From the human T2T-CHM13v2.0 reference genome, Homo sapiens, in the NCBI RefSeq assembly GCF_009914755.1, contig NC_060925.1: a stretch of DNA of 64,000 nt. One strand, written 5' to 3'. Within the stretch, counting starts at the first letter, position 1, and the number at the start of each line of letters is the position of its first letter. Shown here in pieces: positions 17,468 through 34,705 of the stretch. The notes below the pieces were generated by a model that searched no databases, was not told where the DNA came from, and was given only the letters and a program-made list of their open reading frames with translations. The position numbers and the translations under genes were made by a program.

Positions 17468-18253
17468 CTTCATCATAGTGTCTCCGGGCCTCGGTGCCCG
17501 GCTCAGCTCTGGGCACGCCCTGGTACAGCCCCTCGCCCACGAAATCCGTGTAAAACAGCGTGAAGGTCATGAGTGCCATCCAGCTGCACAGCTCAGCCAC
17601 GAAGAGCCGGCGCAGGGTGCGGGGCATGCGGCAGCACAGCTGGTGCAGCCGGGGAAGCAGGGCGCCCAGGTTCCGGAAAGCCAAGCGGGCCCGGCATGGA
17701 CAGCAGTGGGGCGACAAGGAGGGGGCCGACAGCCCTTCTGCTGGCTCGGTGGGGCCCAGCGCTGCCTCCTCAGCCACCAGCAGTGTGGCTGCTACGCAGG
17801 TGAGGAAGATGAGGGTGAGCAGGCCAAAGAGGCACTCCTCCTGGGTGCCCAGGTAGGGGGCCAGGGCACTGGTGTCCCAGTCAATGGCAGGCAGGAGGTA
17901 GCCCAGGCAGCCCCCAAGACTGATCATGAAGGCATAGACAGAGTAGGCCTGGCGACAGTGGTCCGGGTCCCGGAAGAGGTCAGAGAGCAGGGCCTCCAGT
18001 GGAGTGAAGCACACCTGGCCACAGAAGTCCAGCAGCCCCACGCCCAGGATGAGCAGTGCCAGCTCCAGGGGCCTGGGATCCGGGCACAGCAGCCCTGCTA
18101 GCCAGCCGGCCCTTGGGATGAGAAAGAGGCTCAGCAGGATGCCCAAGGACAGTGCCCAGATGAAGGGCCGGCGGCGGCCATAGCGTCCACGCCAGTGGTC
18201 ACTGGCTGAGCCTAGGAGCGGGACACAGACCAGGCCCAGCACTGGACCAATGC
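17468..18253 (-). CDS. SLC45A3: SLC45A3 exon 3 (786 nt)
   Basis: Acceptor tacttcccttcttgcag|GC and donor GAA G|GTAAGG. Encodes hydrophobic TM segments and SDHWRGRYGRRRPFI, the R-x-G-R-R loop motif of SLC45/plant SUT-type MFS sugar symporters. Confidence 0.98.
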
Positions 18254-18369
18254 CTGCAAGAAGGGAAGTAGTATGAGTCAATGGCTGGGACAAGTAAAGG
18301 GCAAGGGGAAGGGGAACCAAGCTCCGTGAGAAGGATGGAAATAACATTCCGTACTCGACACTGTGCTAC

Positions 18370-18835
18370 GTCTTCACAGGGATGCTGTAATTTACTCCTC
18401 ATAACACAGGCATTACAGATGCCCCCATTTTCAGATGGACAAACTGAGGCATGGAGCAACTAAGAAGTGATACTTATTCAAAGGCGCAGACCTAGGGAGG
18501 GTAAGAGGCAGCGTTTCAACAAGCAGTGTGACTCCAGAGCCTGCAATCCTCACAGGGGCCCCTCTTCCTGGGGGTGAGGGGTTGTCACACAATGGTTACT
18601 ACTTGCCTTCTGTGGCTTTTGTAGAATTTATCTGCAGAGTCAGGAGTCCACCCCTTGTCCTAGGGGTAGGAGCAAGCTCCGGCTGGGAGACCTTGATGGA
18701 GTCCCAGCTCTACTGTTCAGCTGCTATTTGGCTTTGGCTAAGACTTACCTAACCTCTTAAAAGCCTCTGCTTCCTTCTCTGTAAAATGGATCACCTCAAA
18801 TGGTGGTTGTAAGCATTAAATGAGATAATCGCTAT
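18370..18835. mobile_element. Two MIR fragments in intron 2 (~18370-18540 and ~18690-18835)
   Basis: Cores cccattttcagatggacaaactgaggc and tctctgtaaaatgga...ttaaatgagataa. Confidence 0.65.
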
Positions 18836-19119
18836 AAATTATAAAAGGGCTAGCCAAAGGTTAGGAGCATTTCTCCAGTGTCTCCTATGAGCCAGGCTCT
18901 GTGCAGGACCAGGGATCCAGAGGTGACTGGGGTATGTCCTTGGTATTCTCTTCTTTCTCTTGGTGTGCCCCCTCAGCCCAGGGTCACCCTCCTGCCCAGC
19001 AATGCCTTCCCAGCAGACCACCTCTCCCTCCAAGCAGCTCCCAGGGCAGAGGTACTCCTGTCCCACATGCCAGGTGGCATGTATCTGGAACAGGAAGGAA
19101 GGAGGATGTAGTGACTCAC

Positions 19120-19291
19120 CCAGCACCATGGTCATGAACTTCTCCTCTACCCCCACTTCCAGCAGCAGAGGCGGCACATAGGTGATGCCTGCGGCCAAAC
19201 ACACCTCCAGGCCAAAGGTTAGCAGGTTGACCAGCAAGAGCTGGGCTTTCCGGTGCCGCAGCAGGCGGCTCACCCACAGCCTCTGGACCAT
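19120..19291 (-). CDS. SLC45A3: SLC45A3 exon 2 coding part (aa 1-57 plus first base of Gly58)
   Basis: ATG at 19291 in strong Kozak context (cccactATGG). Donor CTG G|GTGAGT with GT at 19119-19118. 172 nt, phase 1. Confidence 0.97.
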
Positions 19292-19521
19292 AGTGGGCCA
19301 GGCGGGTAGGGCTCAGGGGGCCGTTCAGGCACTCCAGAACTGCTTCGTCTCGGCTCTGCTCCAGAAGCTGCGGCCTCTCCTCCTTGCTGCCGCCAACTGC
19401 CTAGGAATCAGCCAGGCGCCCATTTCTGCCAGCCCTTTGGTGCCGGTCCAGCTTCTCAGCCCATGCTCAACACCTGCTGCTGTGGGGCACCTCAGTGGGG
19501 ACACGTCTCATCACTCAGATC
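19292..19521 (-). other. SLC45A3: SLC45A3 exon 2 5'UTR (230 nt) with three upstream ATGs
   Basis: Acceptor gccccgcccttctag|GATCTG. uATGs at 19511, 19464 and 19423. Confidence 0.92.
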
Positions 19522-20224
19522 CTAGAAGGGCGGGGCAATCACAAGCACACGGGGTGTTAAGTCCTGGGAGCCAGGTCTCCACGATTTGCTCTAAATTGTC
19601 TGGATCCTGATCATTCACAGGCTGGCGACTGGCCCTGTCACCGAGGTGCCACCCCCTTCTGCCCAGTCAGGAAATGCATGTTAATATTAGCCTACGGCTG
19701 ACATAATTAATAAGGTAAATATGATTTTTTAAACCTCAGCACACTCCAGAGCCAAACAGATGTTGGTTATTCTCTGTTTTGAAAAATCTACAATTTCCCT
19801 TCCCTGTTAGTATTGGGGAGCGGGAGGGAGCAATCAAACCAACTGAATTTTTAGTTGCCCAGCTATCAAGGTGCCCCTGGAGACCCTCTGCCAGGCCTGG
19901 TTTGTTTGCTTTTGTCTTTCTACTCCCCAAACCTGGGGTGTTCAATTCCCCTTTGTTAAGAGTAACACTTCCTATTCTGCATTGCTTGGCCATGAGCCAC
20001 ACTGCACCACAACCCCTAACCCCAAAGACCAGGATGAAGGGGAAAGGGAGGAGAGGCTGTTTTGTTGGGTTGGGTTTTAACTTACAGAAGGCTCCCTGGG
20101 GTGAGCCTAGGCCTGAAAATCTCTCCCTTGAGTTTCTCCCTGAGTTCAACGTTCAAGGGGAAGAAACAATCCCTCACGTGGCCGTCCAACTGTCATGGGA
20201 GAGTGGAGCCGTCCCCAGGTTCTA

Positions 20225-22357
<2,133 letters not shown>

Positions 22358-25300
22358 ACCACAGCTGTCCAGCAACCATTAATCACCCCACCTGCCTTGC
22401 CCCTCCCTTAATCCAGTTCCCAGGCCCCCCAGGAATTAGCAGGATCCTTCTTAGCCCACATGGGAAAAAGACAAAAAGAAAGAGGTAAAGAGAAGAGTGC
22501 CCCCCACCATCCTCCTACAGCCCAGATAGCTCATTAGTAGCCTCCCAGTTCCTGGGGTGCCTTTCTCCAACGCCCCCCATCCCCACCCAGAGATTCTTTA
22601 CCTGGTAACTTGGGGTTGGGCCAGGTGGGGAAAGGATTTGACTAGGAAGGGTGCAGGCTTCAAGCACCCCTGTATTCTTTGGTGGCAGAGTCCGTCCTCC
22701 CTTGTTTGAGTTCTACTCTGCCCAGCGGGTCCAGAGTCCTCTTGATACCCCCAGACTTTACTCTTCCCAGCCCGGAATTGCCTGAGAAGTTCCAAGCCCA
22801 TAAGCACACACTACCCTCCAAAGCCCCCTTTTCTTATCCTTGCATGCTTTCCAGTGCCCCAGTCCCTGTCATTTCATCCCTCCTCCAGGGTCCTCGGGCT
22901 AAGGAGACCACAGAGGACTCCTGAGCACTAAGTCCAGCTGCTCGCCATCCCCGCTCCAGGGCCGCCTTCCCTGGAGCACAAACGGAGGAGCCCAGCCTTT
23001 CTCAGTTCTCAGGCTCAGGGAGGTCAGAGAACAAGAAGTCTTTCAGTACCACTTTTCTGGCCACCACTCCCATCAGCAGCCTCAGGGCAAGCTTCTTGCC
23101 AAAGCTTGCAAGTGACAGATCAGTGTTGGAACCCCGCCTCCTGCCCCAAGTCTGCGGAACTCCCCTGTCCTCCTGGGGACAGGGTCCAATTCTCCCTTAC
23201 ACCCTCCAGTCTTGGAGATGCTTCTAAAATCCTCCTGCCCTACTGCTCCTGGAACACTTTGGCAAAGACAAGATCAACCAGAAGAGCCAGCCTCAGAGCG
23301 TTCACCTGGCAAGGAGTGGGCAGGAAGAGGAAGGAAGTAGAGGGGCTGACCTCTCAGAAACGCAAGGAACAGGCAGCCTTCTAGGACAAGTCCCTCTCAA
23401 GTTCCAAACATCTCCCCTCCTCTCTGGGCCCAGCAATGCCAAGACAGCAAGAAAGCTGGAGGAAACCTAAGGCCTCTGGGAACCTTTCTGGAGCTCTGCC
23501 CCAGGTCATCCTTCCTCATCCTTGGGGGAAAAGAATCAAAACCCAGAGAGACCAAGGGCCGTGGGCAAGGTCAGTGAACCTGGATCCCCGCTGCACCCCT
23601 CCAGGTACTGGGAGATACATGCCCCTATGCATCCCAATATGTGACACCCCCAGGGCTGGCTCCCACCCCAGCAAGAAAAGGGGCCGGGAAATGTTTACCT
23701 AATGAATGAATGGCTAAGAGCAAGGGGTGGCAGTAGAAGCAAGGGTGAGGGCTTAAGTCCTCCTCCTCCCACGTGCTCGCCACACACCGAGGACTTTGCA
23801 GGCCCAACTCCAGAGGGAGCAGCTCCTATGGGCTCAAAGGTGGTGAGTGGCTCAGATAAACCCTCCTGGACTGGAAAGCCCCCACTTCAGACCAGACCCC
23901 AAAAAGGGAGTTTTGGGGGAAATGAAACTGAGCAACAGGAACAAACTTGGCCTGAACTTTGTCCAAAATACAGAAGACAGAGTGGCAGAGAAGGAGGAAA
24001 GCTGACCCGAGCCCACTCCCTGGTAGCTCCCTAAGGGAAGGGAGGGTCAGAGGGGGATGTATAAAGAGGTCTTTGAGGGCTTTCAAAGGGGCTTCTGCCA
24101 CCCCGCATGGCTGAGGTGGAGCTGGGGGAGCAGATTCCCTCTACTGACAGACAGAGGCCCGTGGAAGCCCAGGCTGGGGGCAGCCCCCACCCCGGGCCTG
24201 TGTCATGCAGCAATTCTAAGGCTTCTTTATGCAGGCCAGCGTCAAACCCCACCCAGGCACATCAAACGGCTGTAGCCCCCACCCTGACCCCGCAGGCTCA
24301 GCGACCCTGCGTGTTCCCTGCACACTCACAAAGACGCTCTGCTTTCTCCCAGGCTCCTCAGAAGCGGCTCCTCTCCCCTTCACAGCCACCCCGCAGCCCT
24401 CCCCACAGAAGGGGAAATCGGGGGCTGGTGAGGCACGAGGAATAATGACTCAGCTGAGGAAAGCGGGTGGGGTCACCCTGGGCCAACCTCCCGGACACAC
24501 ACCCCACCAAGGCTGCCCTGCCCCAGGTCAGTGAGATGGCAGAGAAGGGGCGACCCCAGCACCTTGCTCCAAACTGAGCTCTCCAGGGTCCTCTAGGTTG
24601 GGGGCAGGGAGTGGACCTCTCAGGTCTGGGGGTTCCCCAGCCCTCCTCCCCATTACCCACCCCCTCCTCGCCCCAGTCCCAAGGGACCAATGCTGTCACC
24701 TTACCTAATGAAACCTGGCACACTGACTGCACTCCCCACGAGCCCCACCCTCACGGCAGCTCCACGGGAGCCTTGGGGACACCCCAGAAAGAGCCTGCAC
24801 TAGCCAGGAGACCTGGAAATGAGCATTCTTGTGAGACAATGCGCTCCCCATCATGACAGATCCCCTTTGTGAGGGGTGCCATGTGCTTGGGCTGCTGGGG
24901 AGATGGTGGGAGGGACACGGCATTAGACAACCACGGCTTTGGTGACTCCCAACCCACTCAGTCTTTGATTCTCTGGGGCCAAATATTTCCAAAGCAGTGA
25001 GGGTCTCTGCTTTCCCCAGTCTTGCCCTAGAAAAAAACAGTGATTTGCAGAAAAAGCGGAGGCCCACGACTTCACAGGGCTCCCAGGGGAACCTGAGGAC
25101 CCCACTCAGAATGAAGCCCCCCCACCTCAGGGACTCCTAAGAAAGAATAAGGGCCGGCAGTGGGACGGGGGACCCCAGCCCCATCCCGGACTTGCTCCCT
25201 GGTGCCTGCCTCCCCCAGGGCCTGGAGGCCAGGGATTTAGAGTTCGCCCTGCTGAGCTGCCTTTTCTTCACCGTTACTGGAAGCCTTCTGCTTAGCAGCT

Positions 25301-26211
25301 TGTCAGAGAGGGTGAGGGGGCTGCAGGCCGGGACACAAAGGGGGATTAGGGAGAAACCTCTCGGCCTGCAGAGTAATCCATCAAACTCTCTCCGGCTGCC
25401 AGCGCCGGCCCCTTCCCACTCAATTCCCCTTCCAGCTGCTGCTGGCCCCCACCCCCTCCGGCTCCTGAGCCCGTCACTTCGGGCAGCAAAGAGAATCCCA
25501 GGCCCTAGGGGGGCAGAGGGGGCACACCACAGACACTGGGAAAAGGGCAATGGCTCCCTCCCCCCACTCACCCCCAATGTGTGAAAACCCAACAGGTGGC
25601 TGTGGCGCGGTGGAGAGTGGCTTTTGTTGCCCTGTCTGAGAGCTCCAGTCCAGCTTTGGAAAGGAAACAAATGCCAGAGGAGATTGGGGGAAGGGGAGGG
25701 GAAGGGACAGAGGGGCAGTCCCTGGAGCCAGCACTGCCCTCCCCTCCCCTCTCCTACCCAGTGACAGGGATTCTGGGGCTGGCTGACCCTCACCTTGGCC
25801 AGAGTCAGTCCTGGACAGCCTAAGCTAGGGCTGAAGCATGGGGACTCTCCCAAGGGTCACCTGGCAATCCCATGGTGACAGTCAATACAGACACACATTC
25901 TGACTCCAGGCACCTGGGCCTCCCAATCACACTTAGTTTCTGAGAACAGCTGCAACCCAAGGTCACACTGGGCATGCCCTCCAAACCAGGACCAGCAGTG
26001 CTCTTCAACCTGGAGCTCTCTTCCACCCGAGGGACCACAACCCTCTGAATCCTGACGTCCCCAAACCCTGGCAGACTCTGCAGGCTGACCTGGGTTTGGG
26101 TGTCTGCCTGACCTGGGTTTGCATGCCAGCTCCACCACTTATTATAATTGCATGAGCCTGTAACTTGACCTTCCCATGCCTCAGTTTCCTCATCCACAAT
26201 GAACAACAGCA

Positions 26212-26548
26212 GGCCGGGCACGGTGGCTCACGCCTGTAATCCCAGCACTTTGGGAGGCCGAGGCAGGCGGATTACCTGAGGTCAAGAAGTTTGACACCAG
26301 CCTGGCCAAAATGGTGAAACCCTGTCTCTACTAAAAATACAAAAATTAGCCAGGCCCAGACATAGCGGCACATACCTGTAATCCCAGCTACTCGGGAGGC
26401 TGAGGCATGAAAATTGCTTGAAACCGGGAGGTCAAGGTTGCAGTGAACCGAGATCATGCCACACTGCACTCCACCCTGGGCAACAGGGTGACTGTCTCAA
26501 ACAAACAAACAAAAAACCACAAACACACACACAAAACAGAAAAGAAAA
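26212..26548 (+). mobile_element. AluS among MIR fragments
   Basis: Full dimer with CAAA-type tail. MIR cores nearby (gcctcagtttcctcatc; cccattttacagg). Confidence 0.9.
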
Positions 26549-28838
26549 CGCACAATAGCAGCCAACATTGAGGTTATAATACATACTAGGCACTCTGCCG
26601 TGCGTCTTGATCTTCCAACCATCCGATGAGGTGGGTACAATTAGTATACCCATTTTACAGGCACAGAAACTTAGATTAATACCACCAACTTCATAGATGT
26701 GGAGTGTGTTTGAGATACAGGATATGAAAGTTCCTGGCGGCCACTTCTTTGGTCGCCTCCTCAGTGGAGGAAGGGCTTTCTCATTCCCAAACAGGAGCGG
26801 CTGTGGTTAGGGGAGACCAAGTACACTTTCTTCTCGGTTTCCATTCCCCCCCCTCACCCACGTGCCTCCCCCACCACACCAGCGCCTCTTTCAGCCCCTA
26901 GCAGCAAGAGGAATGCCAAGAATGCAACTGCCTCCCCAGGTGCTGGCCCCAACAGGTGAGGAGAGGTCACTGCAGCAGACCTGCCTGCTGGAGGAAGGCT
27001 GAGAAGGGAGGTAGAAGGTGGGACAAAGATCCCATAGTTATGAGACAGCACGATTTCCATCCACAGGGAAAATGAACACAGTGGCCGACCCCTACTAACT
27101 GCCTCAGAGGCGTCTAGCGTGTGCCAGGTACTTGATATATTGTACCTTCTCTCTAATAACTCATACAATTCATACGCTCCAAATCCAAGGTAGGTGTTTA
27201 ATATTCATATTCGAGATGAACAGCTCAGTCTCAGAACGTAACATGCCCAAGGTTGCACAAATAAACAGTGGTTGAGCAGAAAATTCGAACCATTTGAAAA
27301 TGCTGGAAGGTGCTCTGAACTGGGAGCCAGGAGACGGCAGTCCTGTTTCAGCCACTTTTTTTAAGAGCTGTGTAGCCTAGACAGGCCATCTCACCTCTCT
27401 GGGACTCAGTTTCTACACCTGTAAAATGAGAGCTAATCTGGATAATGCCGAAGGTTCTTTACATCTGTGCAACCAGGTGATCTCACATGCACCCCCTACC
27501 CCCGGCAGTTGCTTCTTCACGGGCAGGTACCCCCTAAGGGCTCACTGATGAGGCTACATGACATTCAGGAAGGGATTCATGTTCACCCTTGTGAAATAGG
27601 AATATAAAATCCCTACTTTGTATTTGGACTTTCATGGCCTCCTACCAATGAGTCAAGGGGAATGAGGTGGAGAAGGACACCCCAGCCGCACTTACCCCAT
27701 CCTTCACCTGCCCACACACTCTCAGGTACCAACACAGTGCCAAGGGTCAGCGGTCACCTGAAACTAAGCCGAATAACCAGGACATCTGGGGGTAGAACTG
27801 CCCTCTTCCCTAGTCCTTCCCAGAGTTGGACTCTGTTCCTGGCAGAAATTAGTAACTGAATTCTCTTCTTGGGCCACAATAAATGCTTCCCTACAAGGCG
27901 GGGCAGCAGTACCAAGAAATTCCTTGGCCCAAGGTAGGGGAATATGAACATGGAGGGGGAAGAGGGAGCTTGGCACAGTGTCCAGGCCACTCGGAAATTC
28001 CTTCCCCCCATCCTGCCTTTTCGTACAGCCACTGAAAAGAGAAGCCTAAATGGCTTTCCTCCTACTGAACTTGAACTCTGCCAGTCAGCCAGGCTAGACA
28101 GCTCTCCCTGTCCATGTACAGCCAATCCTAGTCTTCCCTTTAGCCTGGCCTCCCTTAGGAGGTGAGGTATACAGGAAAGAGGCCAGGAGACTAAAGATCT
28201 ATGCAAACCTACAGATGGGCAGTGCCCTGCACCAAGAGTCAGACCATGGTGCTGGTTCCAACTCTGCCATGTCCCACACCTCTAGGGTTTCAAACTCAGT
28301 GGCCTGTAAGGCTTTATTAGATCTGAGTCCTAGAGTCTGTGATCAGTCCCATTTATAAAGAGAGGGCTCCAAGTCAGACTCAGTACTCTGCAAGTGTGTT
28401 CTCAAAAACAGTCACTCTCAGTGGTGAGCAAGGAAAGGGTAGGCTCTCAAAGAAACTCATTTTCTGATTTAAAGATCCCAAGCTTGCTGACCCTTGGAAG
28501 TATACCTCAGTGCATGCAACCTAACCTCCCCTAAGGGAATGTCAGACAGCACTGAAACCCACCTACCCACACCCAACACCACAGAGCCTCAATTGTGTAT
28601 AAGCCTGCTGTGAAGATGCTGGGGACACAGAAAACAACTGATCGCAGCTCCCTTTGGCAAAAGGGATAAAATGCAATCGGTGTGCAATGAGATGGCACAG
28701 TGGCACAAGTGTGAAGATACAAATCCACGTGAGGGGGTGGGACCCAATGTGGGGGGCACATGCAGTTCTTCCAGGGCTTCCTAGAGGGAATGGCCATGTT
28801 GCTTAGCCTTGAAGGATAAGCAGGTAGGTACCACGCAA

Positions 28839-30111
<1,273 letters not shown>

Positions 30112-32039
30112 GCAGAAAAGGGTGTATGTCTGTAAAACAAGGCCCTTGGAGCCTGGGACTTCTAATCACTCCCACCCCTCCTTTTGGTCTCTCCCCAGTG
30201 AGGTGTGCTGGAAACAATACCGGACTGAAAATCATGAGACTGGGTTTTGATCTCAGATCTGGGCTGGCTATCTGCGTGTCCCTAGATTATTCAGCATACC
30301 TCCATGGGCACCCAAATAAGGGAATTCATCAGCACTAGGCTTGTTTTTGCTTCCAACGTGGTCACCGTGCTCCAGTTACTTCCCCTTCCTGGACTGCCTG
30401 TCCCCTCCACCTGAGCCCTGCCCAGCTCCAATCTCACACCTCCTCCACAGCCCCCTGGAAACCAAGCCGTCAAGTATCCCCTCTCCCTGCTAAATCTCAA
30501 CTGCTCTAACCAGGCAGCCCCCAGGGTTGGACGCTGCCCACGGTCCTCAGGGTCTTGGATTTGCAGTCCTTACCCCACTGCCATCCTCCCCACTAGTGCT
30601 TCAGCTCCTGGAAAGCAGGAAGCACAGGCCCTGAGAAGAGTAGGTACCCAAGAGAAAGCCTATGGGTAAGGCTGAATCAGGATTCCCATTGGATGTGACT
30701 TTACCAGTGTGCCTGGGATCCAGGCAGGGCCACATTCAAGCTAGCTGGGTGCTCCGCTCACTAAGGACAGGAGCCAGGAGTGGGAATCTAAATTGCCACA
30801 TCCCTAGGGATGGGCCAGACACTCCTAGCTTGAACACTATTTGCCAACTCAAAGTACACTTGAGATTAGCGAGGCCGGGGGCAGGGGGGCACACAGCGAC
30901 CACAGGGGAAAGACAAGAACTGCTGTTGTGGGCTGGCTGCTCCTGAGGGTATCCCCTCTGGCTGGGCATCCTGCTATCCTGGATATGGTGACTGGGGGAC
31001 TGTGGACTACAGCGCCAGGAAGTGGCCTCCAAACCCCTTCTTGCTGGCTGGTCCCCACTCCCCAGAAAGTGATCTCCAGAAGTAACAAAGAAGGGGAAAG
31101 GAACAAACATCTATGGAACACCTGGCGTGTGCAGGTGCTTGGCTGAATATGCACATCACGCTTAATCCTCACCATAACCATGCAAGGTGAATCTCATCTC
31201 CATTTTACAGGCAATGAAGTCAAGGCCAACAGGGGAAGCAGGCCCATGTCCAACATCAGAAGCAAGAGATTCCACAAGTCAGTCAGGGCTGGTGGCAAAA
31301 CTGTGGACTTCTTCCCGTGGAGGGGAAAACACAGACCATGTAGTAGAAAACAGGATTCAACAGGAAGTTCTGGCCAGGGATCAGGAGCATCCCGTGATGG
31401 CTCTGTCACCAGCTGCCCCCCTCCCCAGCCCAAGCAGGGACACTTAATACACTGGACAAAGCTCAACACTCCAGCTCTATTGCTGGGAGTCGAGTGGCAT
31501 CAGTGTTCAAGACACTGGGCCTGGTACCAGCTGGTCCAGTCTCCACCCCTGCTGCCCAGCAAACAGGGCCACTAACTGTTCAAAGAAAGCTAGGCTGGGT
31601 TTTTTTCTGGACACCAAAGAACAGTGCAAAAGATCCTAAGGGTTGGGGAGGGAGGACAGAGCAGAATCCCAACTTCAGGGCACCCTCCCTATACAGTTTT
31701 CCTAAAAATAACAACAAATAACTGTTTGCATAGAAGGCTCTTAACTTCTCAGGATATACATTCATGTTCATGGTACCCTTTTCCAGCCTGAGGGGTACAC
31801 TCTGGGAAGGTAGGCTGGGCAGGGGTTTCTGCACTAATTAAATAGAAGTCACACAGTAGCAGAGTAGTAGAGGAGAGACACGGACATCCAGTCCTGCTGT
31901 GATCTTTGCACAGGACCACAAGTTCAACTGCAGATGCGTCCTTCGTAGCTTACATATAGTTATCTACGGGCCGATTCCCTTGCTAAGAAACTCTGGTTTC
32001 TAAGTGTAAACCACAATGATTGGCTCCATTGTCACCAAA

Positions 32040-32964
<925 letters not shown>

Positions 32965-34318
32965 CTATCTTTCTGACAGTCTGGGTTTTTATCCATGTTG
33001 ACTTATCAGGCTGTGACGTCCAGATGATAGTACTTAAAGTCTTCAAGTTAACTTTACTTTGAATCTTCAGACCAGCCCTGCCCAGGCTGAGAGCTCCAGT
33101 CTGGGTAAGGGGAGAGCTGGAGAGAGGCCTCCACTATCCCTCCACCACCCAGTGGCCTGGAATGGGCTCAGGAGACCACCAGGGATCACTGTCTACTCCT
33201 CCTCCTCCTTCAACGTTATTCAGGGAGCCAGGAGGGATGGGGAAGTTCACCACACACTCCATGAATACATAGGAAAACTCCCCCTAACACACACCCACTA
33301 AATTGGGGCCTGTCTGTCCACAGCTGTACATTCATCCACAGCTGTATTTTTATCTTCAAACTCATTCTGCTGACTCAAGCTGCATTTTCTGAGCACTTTC
33401 AGAACAACAGAGTCCTGGCTCCACGACAGGCCTGGTGGGAGGAGATAAGGGAGGAATGAGGGAATGGGACTGATCCAACAGAATGGCCTGCGACCTCAAA
33501 TTGCGTCCCACTTATCCCCTACAATATGCTGCTCTATGGGTTTCCTCAGGCTTCCCGTCTAGCCTGGGCCTCCTGGGCCCTCCCACTCCCACCCCAATAG
33601 GCCAGCCTGTTTCCCAGGCCTCGGGCAGGTGAGTCTACACCAAGGCGGTCTCTGCTCTGAAAGGAGATCTGCTAAGTGCCTCAGGAAAGGTAGTCCGAAG
33701 CCCCTAGGACCTCAACCCCACCCCTGAGCAAAGGTTCCAGGACCCCAGCAAGGGTCACTGCGGGCCCTGGTCAACTGGCAATGCCCGGCTGCAGACTCCA
33801 GGGCAGCAAGACAGCAGCTGGGCTATTCTTAGTCCCTGCTCCACCGGGACCGGGTCTGTGTAACAGCTGAAGGGCGAGTCCTCACCAGGTACCCACCATG
33901 CCAAACCCCTCCCTACCCCCAACTCTGGCCCCTTGGAAAAAGAGGAAGCATAGGGAACACGCCCTGGAGTGGGGAAAAGCTGAGCAGGTCAAGAGTGTCT
34001 GTCAGGAAGATGGAGGCTGATTCAGAGGTCAAGGGCAAGAGCAACTCACAGGACTGCAGTGCCTGGGGGGAGCGGAAGACTACAGGAAGGCCTGACCCGC
34101 ACTAGGGAGAAAGCATGCAGGTCCCTGGGGCTTTTCTAGCAAGCCTGCCTAGGCCCAGAGCTCTGAGAAGCTGCACGGGATGCCTAGGTACCACCACATC
34201 ACACCTGTTTGCCGTGTGCAGAACTCTGTCCTTCCCCACCTGAGACCTGGGAGGCGAGGAGAAAACAGCGGCCTTTCTCTCCCCACAGAGGGGGAAACTG
34301 AGGCTGAAAAGGGAACAC

Positions 34319-34322
<4 letters not shown>

Positions 34323-34368
<46 letters not shown>
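34323..34368. repeat. (AC)23 microsatellite at the CpG-island edge in intron 1
   Basis: Read directly. Confidence 0.97.
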
Positions 34369-34370
<2 letters not shown>

Positions 34371-34675
34371 TCCAGTCCCAACTCTGTACCCAGAGCTCGC
34401 CCCAGTTCTAAGTCCAAGAGGGCTCAGTCCCCTTTCCCTGTCTTAATAACTCACTCTTCCTCAAGAAAGCCGGCCTGGGCCTGAGCACCCCGCGGCGCCG
34501 CGGCCGTCGGCTCCCGTCCCGGCTCCCCCAAGTCCCGGACTGTGCGCGCCGCAGTGACTCATCCTGCCCCTTTCCGGTGAAGCCCAGACAAGAGAAGAAA
34601 ATAAACGCAACTTTCCAAAGAAAAGTCTGACACGGGAGGCTGCAACAGGAGCCAGCGGCCGGTCCGCCAGCCGTC

Positions 34676-34705
34676 GGCCCGGCCCGGCCCGGCCCGGCCC
34701 GGCCC
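34676..34705. repeat. (GGCCC)6 pentamer repeat in the CpG island
   Basis: Read directly. Confidence 0.95.

Noticed and set aside
17325-18101. 258-aa plus-strand ORF antisense to exon 3
   Set aside because: Long stop-free antisense frames are expected opposite GC-rich coding exons. No recognisable domain and no independent gene structure.
25137-25853. 238-aa minus-strand intronic ORF
   Set aside because: GC-rich composition, no homology I recognise and no supporting splice structure.
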